A DNA stretch of 64,000 bases from Chara braunii. Its lineage: Eukaryota; Plantae; Charophyceae. This document shows positions 51,338 through 64,000 of the stretch, piece after piece. Position 1 is the stretch's first letter, and the number at the start of each line of letters is the position of its first letter. The stretch spans positions 2,439,533-2,503,532 of the forward strand of contig BFEA01000018.1 of assembly GCA_003427395.1 (NCBI GenBank). The letters are read 5' to 3'. The notes under the pieces were generated by a model, which worked only from the letters and a program-made list of their open reading frames with translations, was not told the DNA's origin and searched no databases. A program made the position numbers and the translations under genes.

Positions 51338-54300
51338 TGTGGATCCTACACGGGCCCTTTTTAGGCCCGCCATTTCTCCTCATGGCCCCCAGGCCGTGCA
51401 GCCATCTTGCTGCGTGACTTGGAGGGCCACGGCCACTTCGTTAGGCCTAGGCTCATATTTTGTACCATTCGCCTTTCTTTTATTCAGCATTTATTTATGT
51501 AGTTACTTGTTTTTGCTGATTTGAGTTAGGGCTGAGTTTTCTGTTCACTGTCTGTCTCAGATGTATCGTTTCGGACTTTGATTTGTTGTGCTACTTCCAT
51601 TGCTGAAAAAGTATTTCACTACTTCGGTTGCGTTTCTGAAATACTCTTATGTAGCAAACCTTTCTTTCATGTTTTTTTCTTTCCTTTTTTTTCCCCCTTT
51701 TTTTTCCGGAAATTGAAACTTTCAACTACTTCAGTATGTTTATTTTTATTGGAACTTGGGATTGCTTTTCTGCGATATATTTTTTTTCTTTGCTATTCTC
51801 TTCAGAACTTTGAAAATTTTTGGGATTCAATTTCGACTTCTTGAAATTCAGACTTCTTCTCTACTGCGATTTTTAAACATTTTTTAGTTTTTCGGAAAAT
51901 CTGAAGTACGCTGGAATTCGGAATTTTACTTCCTGTGTTTTTGGAAAAATTGGAGTATTCTGAACTTCGGAATTTGCTCGAATTTCCATGTTTTTTTTTT
52001 CTTTCTTTTAATTAAAAGAAACCTATGTCGTTACTTACTCAGAAAGGAGGGGCCCCATGGGACCCGAGCAAGAAGTACCACCGCAAGAAAAGGTCCTGTA
52101 TCCTCTTGCGCTTAAACCTAACCTTAAACCCTAAACCCTAGTTGCTCCTATCTGATCCTCCTAGTTCTCTTTGCTCATAGCCTCTGGCTCCCTATCTATT
52201 CTGGGGAGCGTCAGTCTGGTCCCTATGATAACCACCCCTCACCCCTGCGTAAGCTTTCCATGCTTATGTTATTTTCTGGGAAATCGGAATTTTGCGTTAC
52301 TCTTCTCTTTTCCTCATCCAAGAAAAACTCGGAGCCTGCAGTACTCCGTTTTTTTTTTTCACCAGGTGCCCGATTGCCTTACCTTTTTAATTATTTCTGC
52401 AGCAGGAATTCTGGAACTGCTTTTTCTTTGATTAGGAATTCCTGAAGGGAATGCAATCAGGAGTGAGGGATCTATCCATTGGACTTCACAGTATTCGGGA
52501 ATTGCTGTTGCTGTGGAATTTTTTCTTTCTTGTATATTTCTTTATTTTCTGCAAACTCCGAGTTTTATTTTTTTGATTGCATCCCCTCTACTTGTCGTGT
52601 ATCTGGGCGATCTGTTTGACCCAATGGGGGGTGGGAAATGCCCTCAAATTATTTTTAGACTCCCCTCTCACCCACCCTGTGCATTCTGTTTCTGTCCTCT
52701 TCTTCGTCCTCCATAGCTTCGTCTTCTCCTTCGTTCTCCCCTTTGGCCATGGGCATTGGTAAGTTGCCATGTCAGCAGGCCATGTCAGCATCAATGCATC
52801 AGCATCGACATGTCAGCATCAATGCGTCAGCATCAACACGTCAGCCGACCACACCAGCCGTGACACATCAGCAGTGCCACGTCCATGGTGCCACTTCAGC
52901 TGGCCACATCAGCATGGACACGGCAGCAGGCCATGTCAGCCCCCTCCCCCTTGCGACCCATGCCTGTGATTCCGTGTTTGCAAAACGTCGGGATGGACCA
53001 CGAGGACAGAGAGTCTGTCAAGGCCCTCTCAGCGCCCCTGAAGGCTTTATTGGAGGAAACTCAACTACAAATGGATGAATCCACAACTGCTAGTTTGCAG
53101 GAGAGGTTGAGGAGGAGGCTCGCCGCAATGCCAAAGCACAGCGCAAGGCAGCTGACCCAGTAGCACAAGAGTCTGCAGAATACTGCGAGGACACTCTCAA
53201 CAATGAGGCAACTATGCGTGTGCTGGCCAAAGCATGGACTGAAGCGGCTGACAAAAGCGGGGCCACTCAACGGAACAACATGACACTCTCAACAATGAGG
53301 CAAGTATGTGTGTGCTGGCCAAAGCATGGACTGAAGCGGCTGACAAAAGCGGTGCCACTCGATGGAACAACAACTGGCTGCAGTGATGGTACGTGTGGCA
53401 GACCTTATCGCCACGTGCACAATACAGCAGGCCGCAATTTTGAACATGCAGTGCCGCAACGACCAGCAGGCTAGCATCATTGACGTCCTTGAGCAGCGCA
53501 TACACGGCGTGGAGTGGCGGCCGACCACCGACACTGCGGAACCCTCTACCATCTTGGTCCGCGTCTACGACCGGGAGATCAAGGTGGGCGCTTTGGAGGA
53601 TGCCAACACTCGGTTTGAGCAGCGTCTCCACCACTTCCTCGCAAGTTGGACGACATTCCGTTCTTCACCAACTCTTCAAAAATCGACCGGATACAATTGT
53701 GGTGGTTACAATTCACACTTTGTTTGGACATGCACGAGGTGCGGCCAGATCAACGGCACGGGTGCCTTTACCACTAGTCAGGAGGCATGTGTCAAGCCTG
53801 GCTTGACAACATCATCGCCAGCCATAGCGTGAAGATCGTTGATCTCCACACAAAGATGAATTGGGAAGTGCTCGAGGACGCATGGCATGACCGGTTCCAA
53901 GTCGAACCGCCACACCTCAAGGCCATGGAGAAGTTGATGACCTTCACCCCACATGCCATAGCAAGTGGGGGCTGGATCGCTGAGTATCAATGGTTGACGT
54001 CCGCACTGAGCTTGTCGATGGTGCCCGAAGGCCTTAAGCATAACTTTATGAAGAGGTTGTGCCCAGCACTGCAACATGCACTCATGCAAGTCGCGGAGAT
54101 GCTCACAACATCTCAACAATTGTTTGACATGGCCTCACACATCATCTTCACCAATGCAGCGGCTCGCAACGACCACCACGCTGCATCTGCGGGCCCAAAC
54201 AAGGGACAACGTCGACAACCATATGTTGTGGTGGTCACGGATTTGCATGCCACTATCCATGAGGAACTCGCTGCTACCTTAGACAGGGGAGACATAGTAG

Positions 54301-57300
54301 AAACCACTGGGGAGGCGGTTTGCAGCCCAAAGGAAAGGGCAAAGGCAAGAAGAAGACGTCCACCTCATTACTGTCCCGGACCGGGCAGTCCGCTCAAGAA
54401 CCATGGGTTTGATATGGTATTTTCAAGTTTGTGTATTGGATTTGGTCCAAGTACTCCTGCTGCTTGTGGTGCAATAGAGAGGATAATGAGACCACCGCTT
54501 GCACTAGCAAGAAGGGGGAGGAGGCCAAGGTGAAGTTTCATTTGGGAAACTGAGCCCCGCTAGGAGTGTGACTGGACTCTCTACGCTGCTGGAACCATTT
54601 GCTTTGCGAGCGGCCTCCCTTAGTTCCGGGGCACGTATAGAAGTCGTGATTCATTTGTTCTTTTGAGGACTGTGCTGTTCGACTTGTTCGACCTCCGGGT
54701 TCTCTTGTTCAAGGACAAGTATTCGTTGTTTGTGCGGTATCTTCTTCGTCCGTTAGCAGTTCGGTTGACGTCTTCGACTTCTTCAAGGGATTTGATGTGC
54801 GAGTTCAGTGAGGATTTGGACCTGTTTACCCCCAAGGATTTTACTTGGCTACCTCTCCCTGCTATGGGCTGCTTACTGGGAGCGCCTTGTGCAACACTTA
54901 GCGCTCATCTACTAGAGTACTTATCCTTTTATGCACCACCAACTTCGCTGATGAATGATGAAGTCGCAGCGACCAATCTTCTTGACTACTTAGCGAAGGT
55001 CAGACACGAGTTTTGCATGCAAGGGTACGACAACAACAACACACCACTACGTTTATGTCCGCATTCAAATAGGGCAAGCGCCCTGCAACGCTTTGTTGGA
55101 TAGCGGCGTGACTCACAACTTTATTAGCCAGTCGTTCATCCAACGAGCTGGCCTTGGCGCACAAGTTCGAACGAAGCTTCATTCCATGCCGGTCAACCGT
55201 GTGGACGGTCGTACGCATAACTCTCCAATATATCGAAGGTGTCTTTGAGTACTTCGGTCCTGGAGCGCGTGAAGCCGTCACTTTCGATGTCTTAGACGTG
55301 AACTTCGATATGATTCTGGGGATGCTTTGGCTTGCGAGCGTGGACGACACGATCAATTTCCATTGCCAGATGCTTACTGTTCTTGACGTCTTCGGTGCCA
55401 AAGTTTCGTGTACCATACCTCCCTCGCGCGCTTCGATCCGGTTCTAAGTTGTTTCGGTCAAGAGTTTTCAGAACACTTGTGCTTAGAGATGGTCCGAGGA
55501 AATCGGTCTTGTTTCCTTCACACCGTCATGGCGAGCGACTCTTCACCGATGGATGCGTCTTTGGGTCCTTGCGTGATCCAGTTACTGGACTAGTTTGGCG
55601 ATGTTTTCAAGCCTCCCACGGGTGAAGTTCTGGACCGCCCCATCTCTCACGAGATCATTCTTGAGAATGGTGCCGTCCCACTCAAGGGTTGTATATCACA
55701 TGCGTGAGGAGCTCACGATTTTACTTGCGCAACATGAGTTGCTCGAAAGGTTTTGGATGCACCCTAGTAGCTCACCTTACTGGACTAGTTTGGCGATGTT
55801 TTCAAGCCTCCCACAGGTGTAGTTTTGGACCGCCCCATCTCTCACGAGATCATTCTTGAGAATGGTGCCGTCCCACGCAAGGGTTGTATATCACATGCGT
55901 GAGGACTTGCGCAACATGAGTTGCTCGAAAAGTGTTGGATCCACCCTAGTAGCTCACCTTATGGTGTGGTCATTCTCTTTGTTAGAAAGAAAACAAGGAT
56001 CTTTGCTTGTGCATTGACCATCATAAGCTCAATGCACAAACCAAGAACGAGGGACCTCTTCCTCGCATCGACGGTCTTCTTGAGCGCTTGGGCGGTGCAA
56101 AGTCCTTTTCGAAGTCGGGCTGCCATCACATTTGCATCCGCCTGCAAGCCTGCTACAAATCCGCGTTCAAGACACATTATGAGCATTTTGAGTGGGTTGT
56201 CATGCCTTTCAGCCTCAGCAATGCCCCAACAACTTTCCAAGCAGCCATGGCCAACGAGTTTTGGTCTATGTTAGACTGGTTTGTTCTTGTCTACCTCGAC
56301 GACATGCGAGTCTATAGTCAGACCTTGGATGAGCATCGAGAGCATCTTCGCTCTGTTTTGGAGAATCTTTGCCACACCAAGCACAATGCCAACTGTGAGA
56401 AGTGTGAGTTCGTACGTCAAGAGTTGGAGTACTTGGGCCATTTTGTCGCACCGAAGGAACCAGTTTATTGTCGGATAAGATTGAAGCTGCCCAAGAGTGG
56501 CGGGAACCAACTAACATCTCAGATGGTCGGTCTGTCCTCAGACATGCCGAGTACTACCAATGCTTCATCCCCGGATATTCGAAGGCCACAACCAATTTGA
56601 CCAAGCTTCAATGCGAGGACCAACCATTCTACTTCGATGATGAGGTACGGGCAACTTTCACGACTCTCAAAGTCGCTTTGCTATCCGCATCGGTCTTACA
56701 TATCTATGGCCCTCTTTTGCCTATGCGCGTTACCGCCGATGTGTTCGGCTATGGCATTGGCGCCGTCCTCGAGCAACATTATGGCGAGGATTGGCACCCG
56801 GTCAAGTACTTTAGGAAGAAAGTACCCACCGTTCATTCCATCAATGACACACTGAAGAAGGAATTGTTGGCCTTCGTCCACGTGCTCAAATGGTGGTGGT
56901 ATTTTCTTCTCAGCCGATGCTAACTCAATTGGGTCACGGACAACAACTCGTTGGTGTTTTACAAGTCCCGAGGCATGGTCAATAGCACTATTGATCATTG
57001 GATGGCGCACTTTAACCAGTTTGACTTCCTCATGGACCATATCCAATGAAAGTCAAACCGGCTTGCAGATGCTCTTTCATGGCATTCAGGCCTTTGCCTT
57101 TCGGTCTATCACACATTGACATCTACGACGACTTGCAATGTCACTTCATCCGCGATTAACAAGCCGACCCCGTCTTTCATGACATATATTCCCAATACTC
57201 GTCTCTGGCTCGCCGCCTTCGCTCTCAGATCCAAGATAGGTATTTGCTTCCCTCGCCGCCTTCACTTTCGGATCCAAGATCGGTATTTGCTTCCTCATTC

Positions 57301-57560
57301 ACAAGTTAAGGATGTTCTTTGGGTGTCAAATAAGCGGCACTTACACATGTGACTTCTTGGTGATTTCCACAATGGTCCTTTGCAGGAGCTTAGGCGTCAA
57401 TCGGACCACAGGTCGACTGCGCCAGCGCTTCCATTGACCCGGCCTCCACAATGACGTCACTGGCTATTGTGAGTCGTGTGAGGTTTGCTGTCGTTGCAAG
57501 CCCCACAATCATTGCCCCTTTGGAGAGTTGCGGCCCTTACCATTCCCATTACAACGCGGC
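51338..57560 (+). mobile_element. Decayed Ty3/Gypsy element, 3'-truncated inside integrase; LTR limits uncertain (~51338-52490)
   Basis: gag-like 52960-54553 with degenerate knuckle CLWCNREDNETTAC; protease ALLDSGVTHNF (~55090); RT VYLDD (~56290); RNase H TADVFGYGIGAVL/ELLAF; integrase zinc-finger CEVC (~57478). Internal duplication ~55586-55720 / ~55777-55900. Confidence 0.9.
54544..54553 (+). promoter_or_regulatory. Candidate -1 frameshift heptamer G GGA AAC at the gag stop
   Basis: The knuckle-bearing frame ends ...CAT TTG GGA AAC TGA. Confidence 0.6.
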
Positions 57561-57569
57561 ACATCGCTC

Positions 57570-59400
57570 ACCCTTTGTAATACATAATCAAATAATTCTG
57601 AACTACAAACCCGAGTTTGAATCCAGATGGTATCAGATGAACACGATCAGATAATTATGAACTACCAGGGACCGGTGAGCTCAAAGATAATATCTCAAGG
57701 TCGTCACCCTTTGTAAGAACAGAGAAAGGAAAAGAAAAAAGAGGCATCTATATTGTTTATAGATTATGAAAAAGCATATGATCCTGTGGAGTAGAACTTC
57801 CGAGATCTCTGCTTGTCGAAAATGAATTTTGGCCACAACTTTAGAGGATGGGTCGATAGCCTGCTTAGATCTGTGGCAACTGATGTCATGGTGTATGACA
57901 ACCTGTAACTGATGTAATGGTGTATGACAGCCTGTCGCAACCTTTTCCCCTGCAAAGGTTGGCGAGACATGGAGACCCTATCACCTCCCTCCTCTTTATG
58001 ATAGTGAGAGCAACCTTAGTAACGATGACTAGGTCTGAGCACCAGATAGAGAGCCTGTGTTCCTGAAATTCGTGAGCATCTCATTCCAGCCGCGTCCCTT
58101 TTCATGGATGATTTTAAGTGCTTTTGAAGGCTAGCACAGAATCAAAGCAAACCCTTGCATAGAGAGTAGAGGTCTTTTCTCTCGCCTTTGATACGTCAGT
58201 CAAGACAGAAGGGTGGTGGCTGCATCCCACGGGCTCGCCCCCAGCTCCACAGGGTGTTCGGATTAATGGCACTAGGCCGGCCACATGACCATTGGGGCAC
58301 CTTGGTAGAGTTGACCACACAGAGGCTGGCCAAGTGGAAAGGGGCTTCACACTTCTCTGGTGGGAAGAGCCTTTGTGGTCAATTATGCCATTTTTGGCTC
58401 TATCTGGTGGAAGACAACCTTCTGGTGGTTGCGGCCCAAGCAGCTGCAGAAGCTCAGATGCACTGTATCAGCGCTCCTATGAAAGAACGACCATCTAGGT
58501 GGTGTGAGCTCCGCAGGAACAACCGTCTAGACCAACAGATGCACTGGGCACCTGGTAAGAGTGAGGGCATATGAAGTCAAGCTAGTAAACACTTCCATCT
58601 GCTGACTGTCCTTTGTCCCGGAGGAATGGGCGTGGCACGATTGTAAGCTATGGGAGGCTCTCAGATTTTAGGAGTATAGAGTTAAGCCACCACTGGTACC
58701 CCACTACCTTTCACAGGCAAACTCTAAACCTCCTAAGAATGCGGTATAACCTATACCACCTTCTTTGGATACCGGGCGCCGCCAGACCAAAATGGCTGGC
58801 AGCACAAGCCCAAACAAAAAAAAAAGTTGCGCTGGCGCTTCGGCAAAGCTTGGCGCACGGTTCGTTTCTGCCTTTGCAAAAAGAGGCTTGGAGGTAGTGG
58901 CGGTTTAAGATAGGATACGGAGTCATCCAAAAGTTACATCCCTCATGTGATCTAATGGTGCCCCAGATGGGCCAGAGGCTTGCCACTGACCCATTAGGAC
59001 GTTGACACCTTCTCATCGGCACATAATGACCGCTGTTAGCCAACTGCCCACAGAGCCTTGCGATGGCAGGTTCTATATAGATGCCTTCCAACCGCAGACT
59101 GGCTACGGTAGTCTCGAGATTGAATTTGGAACAAAAGGGACTGTTGTCGCTACTATGGGAAGACCTCCCCTCCAGCTACTGCACTGTCCGTTAGGATGCA
59201 CAATGCTGGCTCAGATCTGACGGTCGTGGGACACTGGCTAGACTGAATTGATGGGGAAGCCTGCCCGATGGAACATCTGCATACTTTTGATGGATTGGAA
59301 CTACAAAGGAGGTGGCAGCAGCCTGGGAACCATTTGAAATTGATGTTTTCTCAATAATAAGCTTAACTGTGCTTGATATGCCCTCTTGGGGGAGGGGGGA
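57570..59400 (+). mobile_element. Highly degraded LINE ORF2 remnant
   Basis: LFIDYEKAYDPVE*NF...KMNFGHNFRGWV (~57755-57860), RHGDP motif (~57965), QRLAKWKG (~58320). Confidence 0.7.
58686..58904. mobile_element. TTAA-flanked short TIR element; a partial second copy lies at ~59449-59557
   Basis: TTAA|GCCACCACT...GGTAGTGGCGGT|TTAA. The right ~115 bp recurs, ending GGTAGTGGTGGC|TTAA. Confidence 0.65.
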
Positions 59401-60981
59401 CTGGGCTACCATGAACGAGGAGGACATAGCGACTGTTGTCCTGTCCTAATGGCTGGCGGCGCCAGCCAAAAAAAGAGAGTCGTGCTGACGCTTTGGCTAA
59501 GCTTGGTGCGTAGTTCTTTTCTGCCTCGGCAAAAAGAGGCTTGGAGGTAGTGGTGGCTTAAATGCCAAGTAGTTGTGGAACAGAATTTAACTTGTGTCAA
59601 CAAAATTTGTAGTCAAAGAGCAATCTTCACTTCTTCCGGTTCGCCAATAGGTGACTGTTTGCCTGCCATTGTCTTTGTAGAGACATGACACATGGCGGCT
59701 TCATGGTTGTGCATGACTGGCTGGGATGCCACAGAAGGCTGAAGTCGATTCAGCTTGAGGCAGTTGTGTATCTCCGAGTACCGTTACAATCATCCACCTG
59801 AGAAATGGTGAAATGATTGTGTTCAGTGGTGAAATGATTGTGTTCAGTCCTCTCGTCGTCTCCTGAATAGAACGTGCAGTCATTATAGCTGTATTGGTTG
59901 CAACTAGTCCAGGTACAATGATAATGATGGTACAATCTATCAGAGGAAGATTGTAAGATTCGGTCATTCGAAAAGTCGTCATTCTTCATTGGCAAAGCGG
60001 ATTGCCATCTAGATCCCTCCGAGCTGGAAGATGTCTTACGTACACCCAAGCCTGAAGTTTTGTTAGGGTTCGGGTGCTGGGGAGTTTGTGGGACTGCCAG
60101 GGAGCCTCGCCGTTTTTAGACCTGTCAGTCGCCACTGGGGGCCGTCCTGATTTAGGATCGAATGTTACAGGATCCTTGGATTAAGGGTGGGTGTGACACA
60201 AGTGCAGCATGGCTGGACTGGTTTCAGTCAGGACTTTAAAATACAAGCAGGCTCCCTCTATCCTTGCCCCTTAATGGTGAGGACTTTGTGGTATGTACTC
60301 TGGCTGTAATTGAAGTCAGATACATGCAGAAGTGTTGTGCACTACTGTTTATTTGTTTTGGTGTTTCGCTGCTTTGCCCTGGTTGACTCTGAGCTAATTA
60401 CGGCCATTGAACAAACTTGTTCGACAAACACAGTTTATGTGAAGGATACAAGGAAAAAAGTCAAAAAAGACAAGTGATAAAAAAGGGAGTAATAGCAAGT
60501 TATAAAGATGTTTCACTATCCATTTGGTATGCCCTAAGAAAAAATGTGTTCTGCACCGCTCTATGGGGGCAGTGTATTCTTTCCACAGATGCCTATGCAT
60601 GAAAGGCCCACTCAGGGTTGCAAGTGCAAAAGCTAGCCGGGACAGAATGGGCTGTGATGTGCAGATGCCTGAGTGCATGATCTGCACCTGGTGCATTCGG
60701 ACGGGAATAATTTTGTCCTTTCACCTACACAGGACCCGCTTTCCAGCATGTGCAGCTCCCCACCAATAGATTGGAGCAAACAGAAATGCCGCTAGGTGTC
60801 CGCCGTGGGTTTAGGGGGGAAAAAAGGAACCTTTTTCCTGTCCTCTGCCCTTGTTTCTTTAGCCGCATGTTCCTCTGAACGTCTTTGCTAAATGTATGTT
60901 CCTCTCTCCGTGTTTCTACGGAGGCAGCACAAGCGAATATGAAACCTTCTCATGGAATCCTTGAAACTACACTTCGGTTAA

Positions 60982-61162
60982 AGGACCACTACCTTTGCCA
61001 TACATCGGCCGCGGGCAAGGCCCTGTGAGTTTCGGAGGCCAGTAGCGCGACGAAGGCCACTGATGAAATTTATCAACAGCAACGCAAGGCAGCCTGGTCC
61101 CTGTAGAATGCGGTATACATTATATTCCCACTTGGGAATCCAGCCTTAAAGGTAGTGGCAGT
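60982..61162. mobile_element. TTAA-flanked MITE, copy 1
   Basis: TTAA|AGGACCACTACCTTT...AAAGGTAGTGGCAGT|TTAA. Confidence 0.7.
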
Positions 61163-61166
61163 TTAA

Positions 61167-62438
61167 ACCACCAGTACTTGGCCCAGCTATTGAAGCCGAG
61201 CCTGAATATGCCCTACGCGCCGATTTTTGCCGAGCCTGCAGGTGGTGGGAAAAAACATGGGACATTTGTTGCTTCAAGCAGGTACCGCCCCTTATGCTGG
61301 ACCTGCTGCCAGCAGATGGAACGTAAACATGTCGTCGTTTTCTTGTTTCTACTCAGGCAATGAATGCTCCCCGTCTCTCACAGGGAGCGAGTGCAAACGT
61401 GATTGCCCTCAGATTCATATGAAGCGGTGCAGAAGTAAAGCCAGATACATTATTCGAAGTTGTAACGTTGCACTCTCTCTGGGACCTCAGGCAATGAATG
61501 CTCCCGGTCTCTCATGGGGAGCGAGTGCACAAACAGCCAACGAGCTTCTTCCCCCCCAAAAAAACAACAAAAGAAAGGGGGAAATGGGAAACCAGCATCT
61601 GAAAGTGATTGCCCTCAGTTTCATATGACGCGGTGCAGAAGTAAAGCCAGATACATTATTCGAAGTTGTAAGGTTGCACTCTCTCTGGGACCTCAGGCAA
61701 TGAATGCTCCCTGTCTCTCACAGGAGCAAGTGCACAAATAGCCAACAATCTTCTTCCCCCCTCAAAAAAAAAAAAAAAAAAAAAAAANNNNNNNNNNNNN
61801 NNNNNNNNNNNNNNAGTGCACAAACACCCAACGAGCTTCTTCCCAAAAAAAAAAAAAAAAAAAAAAAAAAGGGGAAATGGGAAACCAGCATCTGAAAGTG
61901 ATTGCCCTCAGATTCGTATGACACGGTGCAGAAGTGAAGCCAGATACATTATTCGAAGTTGTAACGTTACACTCCATCTGGGACCTCAGGCAATGAATGC
62001 TCCCCGTCTCTCACAGGGAGCGAGTGCACAAACAGCCAACGAGCTTCTTCCCAAAAAAAAAAAAGAAAAAAAAAAGGGGGGAAATGGGAAACCAGTCTCT
62101 GAACGTGATTGCCCTCAGATACATTCGGTGCGGTGCAGAAGTGAAGCAAAATACATTCTTCCAAAAAAAGAAAAAAAAAAAAAAAAAGAAAGAAAATCAA
62201 CGATTTGTTTTCATTTTTCCTCGTCCATTTTCTTTTTTCTTTTTCCCCTCCTTGATACTAGTGTCCGCCCGTTTCCACATCGCACACCACGAGGACATCT
62301 TGCAGTCCTTGTGGGAGGTTCCCGTGGGGCCACCAGCTTCCTCCCCCATTGCCATGCCAAGCCTCCCTCGAACCCCACAAAGTGCGGCGCGTTAACGGGT
62401 AAGCCCCGCGGCCGATGTATGGTCCAAGTACTGGTGGT
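61167..62438. mobile_element. Non-autonomous TIR element with TTAA (or TA) TSD and an internal tandem array
   Basis: Perfect 15-bp TIR ACCACCAGTACTTGG/CCAAGTACTGGTGGT. Empty paralogous site GGCAGTTTAAGGGGAAATG at ~62894-62912. Confidence 0.85.
61354..62170. repeat. Internal ~200-bp tandem array (4-5 units) with variable A-tracts
   Basis: CAGGCAATGAATGCTCCC...GTGATTGCCCTCAG...CGGTGCAGAAGT repeats; a short gap at ~61788-61814 makes the copy number uncertain. Confidence 0.9.
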
Positions 62439-62535
62439 TTAAGGGGAAATGAATAGAAAGTATATCATCGTAACATTAAAAATTTAGCCAACATGAAGCC
62501 TTTTCATGGAATCCTTAAAACTACACTTCGGTTAA

Positions 62536-62899
62536 AGGGCCACTACCTTTGCCATACATTGGCCACAGGTGAGGCCCCGCGAGTTTCGGAGGCCAGTATT
62601 GCAACGAAGGCCACTGAGGAAATTTATTGACAGTGGCCCAACCGCAGCTTGGTCCCTGTCGAATGTGGTAGAGGTTATATTCCCACTTGGGACTCCGGCC
62701 CTAAAGCACCAACACACGGCTACCTGCGCCGTGGGCCTGACACCTTGAATTCCGGAAGCGCGAAGTAAAAAAGTGACCTCCGATCCAATATGTCAACGGC
62801 AGGCCCAGCGTTTGACGTTCTGGCCTCGTTTTCTTGTGGCAGTAAGTTTTGGACTGCAAGGCCGGGGCCGTGTACTAGGGGTTTAAAGGTAGTGGCAGT
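62536..62899. mobile_element. TTAA-flanked MITE, copy 2, with a nested 178-bp insert (62705-62882)
   Basis: Colinear with 60982-61162 except for an insert between CTAA (62701-62704) and TTAA (62883-62886) with degenerate inverted ends. Confidence 0.7.
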
Positions 62900-63798
62900 T
62901 TAAGGGGAAATGAATAGAAAATATATCATGGTAAAATTAAAAATTTAGTCGAGGCTCTGCATGGGACTTGAGGCGAGGAGAACACCATGGCAGTATTAAT
63001 ACGCCGCAAGAAGAAATGGCTGAGAGGTACAATTATACAATATGCAAATTTGTGTTCATATCCCTTAAGAAGCTCCCGCCAATTGCTCGTACTGGTGCCA
63101 TATCTATGCTACAGGGGCCAGGTCTTACTGGTGCCCTGTCGGTGCTAAGGAAGGATGAAATGGCTTGTGAAACTGACCAGGCTCATGCTAGGTTAGCACA
63201 AAGATACGACCACGGGGGCCTGGCCCTTGGAATAGGCGCCCTGTTTGTGCTCTCTCTCATTGAACTATCTCTAGGTCTTCCTAGGGAAAAAAGAACAATG
63301 GCTATAGGAATACAACTGCCAGCCCTTGGGAACTGGTAATCAATGCTGAGCTTTCAAGCATCACCATGGGCTATAATCTCAAGCCTGTGTTGCTTGGATG
63401 CTGTTGCTGGGTGCTGAGCTGCACAGCCTTATTGAGAGCCCATACCCCTTGTTGGGGAATCGAGTTAATTTGAATCCAACCACCCTGGCATGTGGCGGGA
63501 GTCGCTTATAGCTGCCAATGTCAGCTGAGGTTCTGCTAGTGTTTGCTGGGAGTGCCATTGACTATCGTCAGGTGGTCTGTCTCAACGCATGTGTCAGACT
63601 GGTGTATATGAGGCCAAGTGGAACTAGACCCAGGGCCGTCCCGTATTCAATTTTGGTACCGTCGGAATGGGACTAGGTTGATCAGCTCTTTAGCTGTTCG
63701 TTAAGCCCCACTGCTGACCAGGTTGGTGGTGCATGCATTGGCCGCGGATGTCAGTCAAATTCTGAGGTCGTAAGTATGTTTCCATCTTTTCTCCCCCC

Positions 63799-64000
63799 TG
63801 TAATGACCCGTCATCACACGGACTGTAACAGACAGCTGATTTCTGAGTTTGCTCGTGGAATGCATGCCGTACTAAGTCCCCTGCCTGTTGAATGGGTTGT
63901 GTTGGGTCTGAGTGCGTGCCTGTATGTGGTTGGCGTGCCTGGGTGATGAATGCGTGCCTGACTGAGTGCTTGAGTGTGTGTGTGACCCCGTCGGGGCCAT
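63799..64000. repeat. Start of another LTR of the nested family; runs off the right edge
   Basis: TGTAATGACCCGTCATCACACGGACTGTAACAGACAGCTGATTTCTGAG closely matches 1128-1215. Confidence 0.88.

Noticed and set aside
52113-52140. Telomeric repeat (CCCTAAA-like)
   Set aside because: Only 2-3 degenerate units inside a probable LTR; not an array
61025-61075. Hammerhead ribozyme (CTGATGA and GTTTCG present)
   Set aside because: The core motifs lie on opposite strands and the required stems do not form
63781-63798. Polypurine tract next to the LTR at 63799
   Set aside because: The purines are on the wrong strand to prime this LTR; treated as flanking sequence

Overview
Repeat-saturated eukaryotic DNA with 8 assembly gaps, most of them next to (GA)n/(GT)n microsatellites or poly(A). 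The plant-type U2 snRNA, tRNA-Met PBS and retroelement protein style suggest a green plant or streptophyte alga such as Chara (inference only). I found no intact host protein-coding gene. Contents: (1) a minus-strand Ty3/Gypsy element (LTR 6010-7150, PBS, gag, -1 frameshift signal, PR, RT) whose protease is split by a nested LTR with a 4-bp TSD; (2) a TSD-bounded, domain-permuted LINE unit (ORF2 tail, polyA, 5'UTR, ORF1, start of EN, polyA) at 10937-16108; (3) three more L1/Tx1-like LINE copies, one near full length (34531-~41960); (4) a scrambled Gypsy-like element (25737-33708) whose pol stops after RNase H and is followed by a separate ORF with only integrase C-terminal remnants; (5) a retroposed, 3'-truncated U2 snRNA copy with a 15-bp TSD; (6) a decayed plus-strand Gypsy (~51340-57560); (7) a cluster of TTAA-flanked short TIR elements with paralogous empty sites (58686-62899); plus other MITEs and tandem repeats. 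All calls were made by eye, with no database searches.
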